64,000 nt of DNA from an uncultured delta proteobacterium (GCA_963771465.1 CAVYTU010000014.1:320001-384000); one strand, 5' to 3'. Shown: positions 20,903-31,245, counted from the stretch's first letter. A program made the numbers and translations. The notes: generated from the letters alone by a model not told the origin.

Positions 20903-21665
20903 CGTGTCCCTTCAAGTCAGCCAGACCGAGCCGTTTCAAGTATTCGCCCTTGAGAGTGCCGAAATCCAATAGCAAGAAAAAATCCGCCGTGGCAAACTCG
21001 CGATCCAGTGCCGGCGGACCACCGACCAGCGCTCCGATGCGCAGGTAACCTTTGATCAAACTCGGCAGTTTCTGAAATTGCGCCGGCTCATCAGCTGCGC
21101 CGACTTGTTCCGTCAAGCCGACGAAGCGACAACTCTCCACGGGAAAAACCCGCTGCGCGTCAGGCGCATAGTAATTGTTTCTTAACAGCGAGAACATCGA
21201 AGCCACTTCGACAACATCGGTCGTGTACAGACTGCCGCAACCGAATAAATAGCGCACCTGATGTTTGCGCACTTGCTCGGCGATCGCTTCCCACATCAGC
21301 GGGATCAGCGCACGGTCGCGAAAATCCTTGCGCGCACAGGAACGCCCCAGTTCGAGCAGTTCGCCGTCGAGCGCTTTGACGCGCGATAAATCGAACTCTT
21401 TCTCCGAGTAGAATCCGCCGTGACGGCGCGCTTCCGAGCCGCGCAGCAAGCGGTAGGTGCCGACCACATCACCACTCCTAAGATCGCGGACGATCAAGTG
21501 ATCGCAAACCGCATCGAACTCATCGATATCTAAACCGCGTGCGTAGGAACTCTGCAATCCCTTGTTAAGCTCGAGGTTGAAAACCTGAAAGCGCAGCCGC
21601 TGGGCCTCTTCGATCTCATTCGCCTCATCGGCGATTTTAACTTCGAAGTCTACCATGCCGTCCAA
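20889..21665 (-). CDS. GNAT-family N-acyltransferase, OlsB-like (amino-lipid synthesis)
   Basis: AQRLRFQVF, D.DEFD..CDHL, VGTYRL, FYSE.EFD, LELGRSC, PSLIKGYLR.GA..PA.D.EF. Confidence 0.88.
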   Translation of the reverse strand: MDGMVDFEVKIADEANEIEEAQRLRFQVFNLELNKGLQSSYARGLDIDEFDAVCDHLIVRDLRSGDVVGTYRLLRGSEARRHGGFYSEKEFDLSRVKALDGELLELGRSCARKDFRDRALIPLMWEAIAEQVRKHQVRYLFGCGSLYTTDVVEVASMFSLLRNNYYAPDAQRVFPVESCRFVGLTEQVGAADEPAQFQKLPSLIKGYLRIGALVGGPPALDREFATADFFLLLDFGTLKGEYLKRLGLADLKGHDAPA

Positions 21666-21741
21666 AAATTAACATACCGATCCGTAATTGGAAATGACTA
21701 AGCGGGACAACTCGATGACAGCGAAATTTTGCCGCAACGTT

Positions 21742-22503
21742 CTAGCGATGTGTCCACTTAGCCGGACGCTTTTCGAGAAACGCCTTGACTCCTTCTTCGA
21801 CGTCATGAGTCTTGAGCAAATCGCCGCAATAAATATCCTCGGACCGCTTGAGCGCGGCATCGAAGCCTGGCAACGATAACTCGCGGAGTCCCTTTAACGT
21901 CAAGCGTAACACCGCGCCGCTTTTGCCGAGGAGCTCGTCCACTAACGCCTGGACGCCGTCATCGAGCTCGTTGGCAGCAAACACTCGGTTGATCAACCCC
22001 ATCGCCTGCGCTTCGCCGGCGCTGAAGCGGCGGCCGGTGAGAATCATTTCGGCGGCGCGATGATAGCCGATCAATTGAGAAAAGCGCGCCAGCGCCACCG
22101 GCGGGTAGCAACCAACGAGAATCTCCGGCGTGGCAAATGTACTTTCCTCCGCGGCGACAATGAAATCGCAGGAACTAGCCAGTTCACAACCGCCGCCAAG
22201 ACAGACGCCGCGAACCAAAGCGATGGTCGCTTGCGGCAGCGCCAAGAGTTTACGAATAACGCCGTGCATAGCATCGAGCATCTCCGGCACTTTTGCGCTC
22301 GTGTGGTCCTTGATGTCGACCCCCGCGGAAAACGCCCGGTCACCGGCGCCTTGCAGCAGCACCACATCAACGGAGGAATCCGCGGCGCAGTTTATCAGCA
22401 CCTGATCCAACTCACGCAAGAGAGCGATATCCAAGACGTTTAAAGGTGGACGATCCCAGGTGATCGAGAGCGCTCGGCGATTCTGTTCGACGGCCACAGC
22501 CAT
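21742..22503 (-). CDS. Enoyl-CoA hydratase/isomerase
   Basis: RPPLN, AFSAGVD, GGGCEL, PEI..G. Confidence 0.9.
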   Translation of the reverse strand: MAVAVEQNRRALSITWDRPPLNVLDIALLRELDQVLINCAADSSVDVVLLQGAGDRAFSAGVDIKDHTSAKVPEMLDAMHGVIRKLLALPQATIALVRGVCLGGGCELASSCDFIVAAEESTFATPEILVGCYPPVALARFSQLIGYHRAAEMILTGRRFSAGEAQAMGLINRVFAANELDDGVQALVDELLGKSGAVLRLTLKGLRELSLPGFDAALKRSEDIYCGDLLKTHDVEEGVKAFLEKRPAKWTHR

Positions 22504-22609
22504 TGGAGATTCCCTTATTTTCGAATTGGAATTGAATTCCGCCCGGCGAATCGCTTCTTCTCATAGACTATGAACCGCCGGGTTACAAGCAACCCACGCA
22601 AAGATAAAT

Positions 22610-22638
22610 TTGACAAAAGCCCTACTAGCACCTAAACT
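22610..22638 (+). promoter_or_regulatory. Candidate sigma70 promoter
   Basis: TTGACA-N17-TAAACT, 32 bp before the OmpA-domain gene. Confidence 0.65.
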
Positions 22639-22670
22639 TAGCGCTTAGTAGACTGTTAAGGAAGGCGCTC

Positions 22671-23435
22671 ATGAAAACTTTACGACTCTTGTTGGTCGGC
22701 TCAGTGTTGTTGACGTTAGCGTCCAAGCCGGTATTCGCTTATCCGGACGAATATGACGATAGCCAGTCAAATCCATTTCGGATCGCCGCCTATTTAATCC
22801 ATCCGGTAGGTTGGTTGGCAGAATGGCTGATCTACCGTCCGTTCCATTTGCTTGTCAGCGGCACCGAACCACAGGAAGCTTTCTTCGGTCACCGTCCACA
22901 TCCGCCGGTGCTCGCCGCGCCAATGCCAAGACAGGATTATTCATCCGCCAGGAGAGTTTACGCCGGTTCGGCTCACATCCCACCACCGGCGCCCGCGCCA
23001 GTGCCGCCTCCTGAGACGGTTAAGATCGTCGAGGTGCCGGTGGAAAGGATCGTCATCAAGGAAGTGCCGGTTCAAAAGATCGTCGAAGTTGAAAAAGTAG
23101 TCTTTCCAGCCGTCGCGTTCGCCTTTGATTCGGCCAATCTGACCGACCTCGGCAAAGGTCAGGTTTTCCTTGCCGCCCAGCGCCTCAAGGAGAAAAACGA
23201 TTTGACCGTGGTCATCGAAGGTCATGCCGACAATCGCGGCGCCGATGACTACAATCAGAAGCTCGGCTTGGACCGCGCCCAAACCGTGATGAACGAACTG
23301 GTTGGGCTCGGCATCGACCGTGGGCGCATTTCGACGAATAGTATCGGCGAAGGTCAACCATTAATCGGACAAGACGCGTCTTGGGCGCGGGCCGTCAATC
23401 GCCGCGTTGAGTTCCAAGTCAAAGCCGCGCGCTAG
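22671..23435 (+). CDS. Secreted protein with OmpA-like peptidoglycan-binding C-terminal domain
   Basis: Signal peptide, Pro-rich linker, F.FD..IEGHAD.RG..YN..L..RA..NRRVE. Confidence 0.9.
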   Translation: MKTLRLLLVGSVLLTLASKPVFAYPDEYDDSQSNPFRIAAYLIHPVGWLAEWLIYRPFHLLVSGTEPQEAFFGHRPHPPVLAAPMPRQDYSSARRVYAGSAHIPPPAPAPVPPPETVKIVEVPVERIVIKEVPVQKIVEVEKVVFPAVAFAFDSANLTDLGKGQVFLAAQRLKEKNDLTVVIEGHADNRGADDYNQKLGLDRAQTVMNELVGLGIDRGRISTNSIGEGQPLIGQDASWARAVNRRVEFQVKAAR

Positions 23436-23458
23436 AGCATTGACAGATTTTTGCAAAG

Positions 23459-23492
23459 GCCCGGCCTGTATTTCAGGCTGGGCTTTTTTTTT
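23459..23492 (+). terminator. Intrinsic terminator
   Basis: GCCCGGCCTG-tattt-CAGGCTGGGC followed by T9. Confidence 0.85.
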
Positions 23493-23519
23493 CACTGAGG
23501 AACATTGTAAATATCAGTC

Positions 23520-24137
23520 ATGGCCTACAATCCTCAAGACCGTTATTTCAAAAAAGCCAAACAGGAAGGTTACCGCTCGCGTGCTGCTTATAAGTTGCTC
23601 GAACTGCAACAACGCTATCGCATCATCAAACCTGGGGATAAGGTCATCGACCTGGGTGCGGCACCGGGCGGTTGGCTACAAGTAGCGGCAAAGATCGTCG
23701 GCCAAAATGGCCGAGTGATCGGCGTCGATCTTCAATCGATGCAAAACTTTGCCGAGGGTCAAGTGATTTTACTCAGCGGCGACATCGCATCCAAAGAAAT
23801 TCAACAGCAGATCACCCAACTCCTTAGCGGGCCGGCAAACTGCGTGCTTTCCGACCTAGCGCCCAAGCTGAGCGGCATCCGCGACGCCGACATGGCGCGC
23901 TGTTTGGATCTCAACCGCATCGCGCTCGCCGTCGCCATCGAATTGCTGCGCCCGGGCGGCACGCTGTTGGTCAAGAGTTTTATCAGCGACGATCTGCAAA
24001 CCTTCAGCGCTGAATTAAAGCGGTATTTCTCCACCGTCCAGCGCACCAAACCTGATGCCACGCGCCAGGGCTCATCGGAATTTTATTTTTACGCCAAGGG
24101 CTTCACCGCGCGGCCAAATGCCACCGCATCCCTGTGA
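23520..24137 (+). CDS. rlmE: 23S rRNA Um2552 methyltransferase
   Basis: GYRSRAAYKL, DLGAAPGGW, SDLAP, KP.ATR..SSE. Confidence 0.95.
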   Translation: MAYNPQDRYFKKAKQEGYRSRAAYKLLELQQRYRIIKPGDKVIDLGAAPGGWLQVAAKIVGQNGRVIGVDLQSMQNFAEGQVILLSGDIASKEIQQQITQLLSGPANCVLSDLAPKLSGIRDADMARCLDLNRIALAVAIELLRPGGTLLVKSFISDDLQTFSAELKRYFSTVQRTKPDATRQGSSEFYFYAKGFTARPNATASL

Positions 24138-25132
24138 GCGAGTTTAGAAAAGATCCGCTCACCGGCAGTTGGGTGATCATCGCCTCAGGGCGCGCCAAGC
24201 GGCCCCGCCAATTCGGCGCATTGAAGCATTCGTCGCAAGCCGAACCTTGTCCGTTCTGCGCTGGCAATGAAACGATGACGCCGCCGGAAGTTTGGGCTAA
24301 GCGGCAAAACCAGAGCGGCGACAATGGCCCTAGCTGGACTGTGCGCGTAGTGCCAAACAAATATCCCGCCTTGGCCGCTGAGAGCGAAGCGAGGGACAGC
24401 AGCGAGCAATTTTATCAGTCGCGCCGCGGTCTAGGCGCCCACGAAGTGATCATCGAAAGTCCGAAACACGATGTCAGCCTGGCGAGAGTTAGCGCGAGCC
24501 AGTTTGTGGCGATTGTCCAAGCTTACCGCACGCGCATGCGCGCTCTGAGCCAAGACCCCCGCTGGCGCTACGCCCTGCTCTATAAGAACCAAGGCGACCG
24601 CGCCGGCGCCACGCTCCAACATATCCATTCCCAGTTGATCGCCCTGGCCGCTGCGCCCAAAGCCGCGCTGAAGGAATTGCGCGGCGCGAGACTGTATTAC
24701 CAAACAACCGGACGTTGCGCCTACTGCGAAATCATCGAGCGCGAAGTGGAAAAGCGTGAACGAATAATCTTCGAGCACGAAAACTTCGTCGTGCTTTGTC
24801 CGTTTGCGCCGCGCTTCGCTTACGAAACATGGATATTGCCGAAAACCCATAGTGCGGACTTCGCGGCGAGCGCCGAGCCAGGACTCAGCGACTTCGCCCG
24901 TGCCCTGCACGAAACGATCACGCGGCTTGACCGTGCGCTCGGCGATCCGCCATTTAATTACATCATCCACTCAATGCCGATGGACGAAGCGACAAGGCAT
25001 TACTATCACTGGCAGCTAAAAATTTTGCCGCAGCTCTCACGCGCGGCGGGGTTCGAGTGGGGCACGGGCGCGCATATCAATGCCGTCGCCCCCGAGGAAG
25101 CCGCCCGCTTACTGCGCGACGCGCTGCTTTAG
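24134..25132 (+). CDS. galT: Galactose-1-phosphate uridylyltransferase family
   Basis: RAKRP, CPFC.GNE, PNKYPA, HEVIIE, GA.L.HIHSQ, AGFE.GTG. Confidence 0.92.
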   Translation: MSEFRKDPLTGSWVIIASGRAKRPRQFGALKHSSQAEPCPFCAGNETMTPPEVWAKRQNQSGDNGPSWTVRVVPNKYPALAAESEARDSSEQFYQSRRGLGAHEVIIESPKHDVSLARVSASQFVAIVQAYRTRMRALSQDPRWRYALLYKNQGDRAGATLQHIHSQLIALAAAPKAALKELRGARLYYQTTGRCAYCEIIEREVEKRERIIFEHENFVVLCPFAPRFAYETWILPKTHSADFAASAEPGLSDFARALHETITRLDRALGDPPFNYIIHSMPMDEATRHYYHWQLKILPQLSRAAGFEWGTGAHINAVAPEEAARLLRDALL

Positions 25133-26380
25133 ATCTTCGGGCGGCGTTTCCCTGGTTTGCCGTTGCTGGTAGAGCATCAAGGACGCCGCCAAGGCGCACG
25201 CCACACCTGAGATCGTAATCGCCCGCGGCGTGCCGATCGCGTGGGCGATGGCGCCGATGAAAAGCGTGCCGAACGACCACAAACCTTTGTCCATGAAGAA
25301 CAGGCTCAGCATGCGGCCGAGCAGTTCCGGCGGCGTTTCCATCTGGACGATTGAGTTCGCCACCGCACGAAAGGCGATATTGCTGGCGCCGACGAGAACT
25401 AAAAACAACATCGATAACGGCAGCGAGCGCGAGAATGAAAACATGATCAAAGCGAATGAGAAGGCGTAAACACTCATGGCGACGAAGTGAGTGCGGCGTC
25501 TAACTCTCCCCCAGGATGCTATACCCAGGCCGGAGATCACCGCGCCGATCCCTGGAGAAGCGAGAAGCAAACCGAAAGTGGTCGGCCCGGCATGTAAAAC
25601 GTCGGTGGCGATGACCGGCAAAAAGCGCGTATAAGGCGTGCCCACCAGGGCCACGCCGTAAGTCAGCAAGATGACCGCGTACAGCCGGCGCTCACCGCGG
25701 AGAAACTGATAGCCTTCACTCACTTCCTGCCAAAACGGCGCTTCGACGTTTACTCGGCCTTTGATCGCCGGAAACTCCATGACCAAGAGGGTCGCGATAA
25801 TCGCCGTAAAACTGACCGCGTTGACGAACAGGCAGCCAGCGATTCCGATGACACTGATCAGCACGCCGCCGAGCGATGGGCCGACGATCTTGGCGAAGTT
25901 TGCCAACGACGAGTTGAGCGCGATGGCGTTCATCAAGTCTTCGCGCGGGACTAAATTGTTGATCAGTGAATGGCGCGCCGTCTGATTGAGCGTGTTCACC
26001 GTGCCCAAAAACAACACCAGCACCATCACATGCCAGAATTGAATCCATTCAAAATAAACCAGTGCCCAAAAAGAAAATGCTTGAATCATCGCCAAAACCT
26101 GCGTCGCCACCAGCAAGCGGCGTCGCTCCAAGCGGTCGACGATGGCGCCGCCCACCGCGCCCAAAAGCAGTCGCGGCAGCGCTTGGCAGAAGCCGATCAC
26201 GCCGAGCAAAAGCGGTGATTGAGTCATCGTCCAAACCAACCAGCTTTGCGCCATGGCTTGAACGAAATCGCCGACGTGGGAAAGACTCGTGCCCCAAAAG
26301 AGCAGGCGGAAATTACGATGGCGCAGGGAGACGAGCGTGCGCTTGAGTTGGGCGGTCCCGCGTTCGCGCAGAGCCATCAC
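25109..26380 (-). CDS. MFS transporter
   Basis: About 12 TM, GAIVDRLERRRL motif. Confidence 0.9.
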   Translation of the reverse strand: MMALRERGTAQLKRTLVSLRHRNFRLLFWGTSLSHVGDFVQAMAQSWLVWTMTQSPLLLGVIGFCQALPRLLLGAVGGAIVDRLERRRLLVATQVLAMIQAFSFWALVYFEWIQFWHVMVLVLFLGTVNTLNQTARHSLINNLVPREDLMNAIALNSSLANFAKIVGPSLGGVLISVIGIAGCLFVNAVSFTAIIATLLVMEFPAIKGRVNVEAPFWQEVSEGYQFLRGERRLYAVILLTYGVALVGTPYTRFLPVIATDVLHAGPTTFGLLLASPGIGAVISGLGIASWGRVRRRTHFVAMSVYAFSFALIMFSFSRSLPLSMLFLVLVGASNIAFRAVANSIVQMETPPELLGRMLSLFFMDKGLWSFGTLFIGAIAHAIGTPRAITISGVACALAASLMLYQQRQTRETPPEDLKQRVAQ

Positions 26381-28206
26381 TCGACCGTGACGCTCTTGGC
26401 GAGATTTCGTGGCTGATCGACGTCGGTGCCGCGATGCACCGCGATATAATAGGCTAGCAGCTGAAGCGGTATCGTCATCACGATAGGAGTAAGATAGTGC
26501 GACGCCTTCGGCAGCGTCAGGACTCGATGCGCGCTGAGCTCGCTGGCGGCCGTGGCGTCGTCGGTGAGCACGATGACTTTGCCGCCGCGGGCGTCGACTT
26601 CTTTTAAGTTGCTCACGGTCTTTTGAAAATAGCGGTCGTGCGGCGCCAGTACGACGACGGGCAGGGTCTCGTCGATCAACGCGATCGGTCCATGCTTCAT
26701 CTCCCCGGCTGGATAGCCTTCGGCGTGGATGTAGGAAATCTCTTTGAGCTTGAGCGCGCCTTCGAGCGCGATCGGATAGTTGATACCGCGGCCAAGATAG
26801 AGAAAATCGCGGCTATGCATAAGTTCGTGGGCGAGCTCTTTGACTTCGCTTTCGATCTCCAGCGCTTTTTCAACCCAACTTGGCAGATGCATCAAATCGC
26901 GCAGCAGCTTGCGTGCCTCGGCGGCGTTGAGCTTGCCGTTCAAACGTCCCAGCGCGACGGCTAACAAGTAAAGCGCTGTCAACTGGGTCGTAAACGCCTT
27001 GGTGCTGGCAACGCTGATCTCCGGCCCGGCGTGGGTGTAGAGCACGCCATGAGATTTGCGCGGAATCGACGAATCGATCACGTTGCAGATCGACAATATC
27101 TTCGCTTTCTTCGCCTTGGCAATATCCGTAGCAGCCAAGGTATCGGCGGTCTCGCCGGACTGGCTGACCATGAGCAGAATCGATTTAGGATCCATCAACG
27201 GCGAGCGATAACGAAACTCGGAACCGTAGTCGACCTCGGCGGGAATGCCGGCGATCTCTTCGAGCAAGAACTTACCGACCAAACAGGCGTGCCACGCCGT
27301 GCCGCAGGCGACTAGGTGGATCCGTTTGATTTGCTTCACCGCGCTGGCGCTAAGCTTGATGTCTTCGAGCGACACTTGGCCGTCTTTGAGTGCGATGCGG
27401 CCGCGGAAAGTATCGGACAAGGCGCGCGGCTGGTCGTGGATCTCTTTGAGCATGAAGTGCGGATAGCCGCCCTTCTGCGCCGCCACCGCGTCCCAGGTGA
27501 TTTCTTTAACCGGCCGACGAATCGTTTTGCCTTTGCCGTCGAGCAAACGATACGAGCCGACGCTCACTTCGCCGATCTCGCCGTCTTCGAGAAACGTCAC
27601 TTTACGCGTGTGGTCCAACAATGCCGGAATGTCCGAGGCGATAAACGTTTCACCCTCGCCCCAGCCGATGACGATCGGCGTGGAGTTTTTCGCGACGATC
27701 AAGCGTTTGGGATCGCGTCGATTGAGAAACAATAACGCATAGGAGCCGTGAATCTCGCGCAAGGTGCGCCGCACTGCGTCGAGAAAATCGACACCGCGCG
27801 CGACTTTTTCGGCGACGAGATGGGCGACGATTTCGGAATCGGTTTCCGAGCTAAAATGCGTTCCGCGTTTGGACAATTGGGTTTTGAGCTCGAGGTAGTT
27901 TTCGATGATGCCGTTGTGCACCACGACCACGTCGCCGGCGCGATGCGGATGGGCATTGGTCTCGGAGGGCCGGCCGTGGGTCGCCCAGCGCGTGTGGCCG
28001 ATCCCTACGGCGCCGGACATCGGCTGGTGTTTGATCATGGCTTCGAGATTGTTGAGTTTGCCTTCGGCCCGGCAGATTGCCACTTGGCCGTCGTTGAGCA
28101 CGGCAATACCCGCCGAGTCGTAGCCGCGGTATTCGAGCTTGCGCAAACTTTCGAGAATCAGCGGCGCCGCTTGACGATGGCCGATATATCCGACGATGCC
28201 GCACAT
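26377..28206 (-). CDS. glmS: Glutamine-fructose-6-phosphate aminotransferase
   Basis: MCGIVG, HTRWATHG, SQSGETAD, PRNLAKSVTVE. Confidence 0.98.
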   Translation of the reverse strand: MCGIVGYIGHRQAAPLILESLRKLEYRGYDSAGIAVLNDGQVAICRAEGKLNNLEAMIKHQPMSGAVGIGHTRWATHGRPSETNAHPHRAGDVVVVHNGIIENYLELKTQLSKRGTHFSSETDSEIVAHLVAEKVARGVDFLDAVRRTLREIHGSYALLFLNRRDPKRLIVAKNSTPIVIGWGEGETFIASDIPALLDHTRKVTFLEDGEIGEVSVGSYRLLDGKGKTIRRPVKEITWDAVAAQKGGYPHFMLKEIHDQPRALSDTFRGRIALKDGQVSLEDIKLSASAVKQIKRIHLVACGTAWHACLVGKFLLEEIAGIPAEVDYGSEFRYRSPLMDPKSILLMVSQSGETADTLAATDIAKAKKAKILSICNVIDSSIPRKSHGVLYTHAGPEISVASTKAFTTQLTALYLLAVALGRLNGKLNAAEARKLLRDLMHLPSWVEKALEIESEVKELAHELMHSRDFLYLGRGINYPIALEGALKLKEISYIHAEGYPAGEMKHGPIALIDETLPVVVLAPHDRYFQKTVSNLKEVDARGGKVIVLTDDATAASELSAHRVLTLPKASHYLTPIVMTIPLQLLAYYIAVHRGTDVDQPRNLAKSVTVE

Positions 28207-29615
28207 TATTTTTGTTTTCCCTTCATCTGCTGGCGCTTCTGCTCGGTCCAGCCTTCGCGAATTTTTTCCTCGCGCTGGTTAAATACCAGCGCGCCGGCGG
28301 GAATGTCGTGGCGCACGGTGCTCGCCGTGGCGACGTAGACATCGTCGCCCAACGTGATCGGCGCCACTAACGTCGTATCACTGCCAACCTGAACGCGATC
28401 GCCGATCCTGCTCTGGTATTTTTGAAACCCGTCATAGTTACAGGTGATCGTCCCGGCACCGATGTTGGTGTCTTGCCCGATGGTCACATCGCCCAGATAA
28501 GTCAAATGATTCGCTTTGGTGCCGGCGCCGAGTTTGGCTTCTTTGGCTTCCACGAAGTTACCGATATGCACGTTGGGACCCAACACGGTGCCGGGGCGCA
28601 AATGGGCGAACGGGCCAATGATCGCACCCTGCTCGACACGGCAGCTCGCCATGACCACTGAAAATCGAATATGTACGTCAGCGGCAATCTCGGCATCGGT
28701 GAGATAGACGCTGCCGTCGATCCGACAGCGCTCACCGATGACAGTCTTGCCGCAGAGCTGCGTGTTCGGCCCGATCACCGTGTCTTTGCCAAGGGTCACG
28801 GATTCATCGATGTAGGTCGTGTCGGGATCCTTCAAAGTCACTCCGGCCAGCAGCCATTTTTTGTTTATGCTCTCGCGCAGACTTTTTTCCATAAAGGCGA
28901 GCTCCTCTCGGGTATTCACACCCATCATTTCGCGCGGGTCGTCGACTTGCAATGTTTCAATGACTTTTCCTTGCGCCAATCCAATGGTGACGATATCCGG
29001 CAAATAGTATTCACCCTGCTGGTTGTTATTTTTGACACCGCTCAACGCCGCGAAAAGAAAGCGCGCCGATGCGACGTAGACGCCAGCATTCACTTCGCGA
29101 ATTTGTCGCTGTGCTTCACTGGCATCTTTCTCTTCAACGGTGCCGGTGATCTTGCCGTCGCCGGCGCGTAATATCCGGCCATAGCCTTGAGGATTTTTTA
29201 GTGAAGCCGTGAGCAAGGTAAGCGCCGCTTTAGAGCGCCGATGATGTTCGACCAGCGCCGTAAGGGTAGCTTCGCGAATCAGCGGCACATCGCCGCTTAA
29301 AATCAGTAGATCGCCGGAGAAGTCGGTGAAAACTGGTTTGGCAGCTAAAACAGCATGACCCGTGCCGAGTTGTTGTTCCTGTACTCGCCAATCAACGTCA
29401 GAACCTGCATACGCTCGACGCACCGCATCCGCCCCGTGGCCGACAATGACCGCAACAAGCTTTGGTTTAAGTCGCCGCGCGGTGCCTAGTGGATGAAGAA
29501 ATAAAGGCTTTCCGCCGAGGTGGTGGAGAACTTTGGGGAGCGTCGAGCGCATCCGCGTCCCCTGTCCGGCTGCTAATAGAATGACTCCAAGTTGCTGCAT
29601 CTCGTCCATCGTCAC
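28206..29615 (-). CDS. glmU: Bifunctional UDP-GlcNAc pyrophosphorylase/acetyltransferase
   Basis: LAAGQGTRM, QLGTGHA, EYYL.D, GNFVE.K, TCNYDG. Confidence 0.97.
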   Translation of the reverse strand: MTMDEMQQLGVILLAAGQGTRMRSTLPKVLHHLGGKPLFLHPLGTARRLKPKLVAVIVGHGADAVRRAYAGSDVDWRVQEQQLGTGHAVLAAKPVFTDFSGDLLILSGDVPLIREATLTALVEHHRRSKAALTLLTASLKNPQGYGRILRAGDGKITGTVEEKDASEAQRQIREVNAGVYVASARFLFAALSGVKNNNQQGEYYLPDIVTIGLAQGKVIETLQVDDPREMMGVNTREELAFMEKSLRESINKKWLLAGVTLKDPDTTYIDESVTLGKDTVIGPNTQLCGKTVIGERCRIDGSVYLTDAEIAADVHIRFSVVMASCRVEQGAIIGPFAHLRPGTVLGPNVHIGNFVEAKEAKLGAGTKANHLTYLGDVTIGQDTNIGAGTITCNYDGFQKYQSRIGDRVQVGSDTTLVAPITLGDDVYVATASTVRHDIPAGALVFNQREEKIREGWTEQKRQQMKGKQK

Positions 29616-29652
29616 TACCCAAGTTGGAATTATAAGGTAACGGCGCGATCAT

Positions 29653-30852
29653 TCAAAGGGCTCTCGGGCCATCGACGGCCCTGGGCAGAATCCAAGAGAC
29701 AAATCCGCACGCCACCGCGCTTGCCGCCACCGCCACCGGCACGGGAAGAACCGCGGCCACGCTGCCGATGCAAATCGCGCCCAGCGAGCCGAAACCGCGG
29801 TCGAGAAAAAATAAGCTCATGGCGCGTCCGAGCATATGATCGGGACACTCCTCTTGAATGATCGCCCGCGCCAGCACCCGATAGCTCATCTGCATCGAGC
29901 CGACAGCCGCGAGCAGAAGCACGGACAAGATCAGCAACGGCGAGAGCGCGAATAGAAAAATCGCCACCGCGTAGATCAAGCTCGCGCCAACCAATAACCG
30001 CCGCATGCCTTTTAGCCGCGTGTGGGTCGAGAGAAAAAAACTGATCAGCACCGCGCCCACGCCGGGAGCCGCAACCAGGACACCGTAGCCGGCCGGGCCG
30101 ACGTGTAAAACTTCCTGGGCAAAGTAGGGCAGAAACTGCGCATAGGAGATGCCGAAAAAACCATTCGAATAGGTCGTGAGTATCGTCGCAGAGAGCCGGC
30201 GATTCTCGCGCATGTAAGAAATGCCCGCGACAATATCTTTCAACCAATCGCCCCTAGCCGCGCTCACCGGCGTAGCTTGCGGCGGCATCTTCCAAAGCGT
30301 AACGAGCATGCCGACAATCGACAGCGCCTGCACCAACAGACATGGCCCCGGACCGACCAGAGTCAGCAAAACGCCGCCGATGGACGGCCCGATCACTTTG
30401 GTCAAGTTGTGGGTTGCCGAGTTGATCGCCAGCGCGCTCACCACTCCTTCTTGCGGCACCAGCGAGACGATCACGACCTGCTGTGCCGCCGTGCTAAACG
30501 AGCTGACGATCGCCATGAAAATCACCAGCAGGACGATATGCCAGAACTCAAGCAGGCCGGCGAAAACCAGAAAAGCGAAAATAAGGCACTGAATCAAATT
30601 AGCGACGCGGCTGAGAATCAGCAGCTTCATGCGATCCATCCGGTCGGCGACTACGCCGCCGATGGGACCAAAGATAAAACGCGGCGCAAACTCAAAAAAA
30701 CCGAGTAAGCCCAAGTGGAATGCCGAGTGAGTCAGCTCCCAAGCCAGCCAGTTCTGCACGACAAAATGAATATACTCGCCGGTCTCGGCTGGAAAGTAAC
30801 CGAGGGTAAAGCGGCGAAACTCAGGGTAGCGCAGTGCCGGGGGAAGTCTCAC
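29653..30852 (-). CDS. MFS transporter (same family as 25109-26380)
   Basis: About 12 TM, GVVADRMDR, LGR..SLFF.D.G shared with the paralog. Confidence 0.88.
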   Translation of the reverse strand: MRLPPALRYPEFRRFTLGYFPAETGEYIHFVVQNWLAWELTHSAFHLGLLGFFEFAPRFIFGPIGGVVADRMDRMKLLILSRVANLIQCLIFAFLVFAGLLEFWHIVLLVIFMAIVSSFSTAAQQVVIVSLVPQEGVVSALAINSATHNLTKVIGPSIGGVLLTLVGPGPCLLVQALSIVGMLVTLWKMPPQATPVSAARGDWLKDIVAGISYMRENRRLSATILTTYSNGFFGISYAQFLPYFAQEVLHVGPAGYGVLVAAPGVGAVLISFFLSTHTRLKGMRRLLVGASLIYAVAIFLFALSPLLILSVLLLAAVGSMQMSYRVLARAIIQEECPDHMLGRAMSLFFLDRGFGSLGAICIGSVAAVLPVPVAVAASAVACGFVSWILPRAVDGPRAL

Positions 30853-30975
30853 GTGATGGAAGACGCCTTATCGACGAAACCGAGCGTTCGTCGGCGGACG
30901 AGTACCGGCGCCGACTATATTACGCGCCGAGCGCCAAGTCCAATTTGCTGTTTACGGTCAAATGTTCTTGTCAGT

Positions 30976-31197
30976 GTGAACGATTTCGACTACAAGAAAC
31001 TAGCGGCGCAACAACAGTTCCCGGAGGCTCATTTGGAGCAGAAGACCGAACTTCATACGGCAAAAGTAGCAGAGGAAGAAAACTGGTGGGATTTCTGTCC
31101 GATCTGTAACACCAGGCTAATAAACCAGAAGTGCAAGTACATCTGTCCAGGCCCGAAGTGTAATTTTTTCATGAGCTGCAGTGAATTTGATCTCTGA
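30976..31197 (+). CDS. Small Cys-rich zinc-finger-like protein
   Basis: GTG start assumed; CPIC..KCKYICPGPKC..SCSEF. Confidence 0.6.
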   Translation: MNDFDYKKLAAQQQFPEAHLEQKTELHTAKVAEEENWWDFCPICNTRLINQKCKYICPGPKCNFFMSCSEFDL

Positions 31198-31245
31198 CGA
31201 TACCCGTTGGCGATCTTGACCGCGTTGGGGTAAAAGACAAAAATC

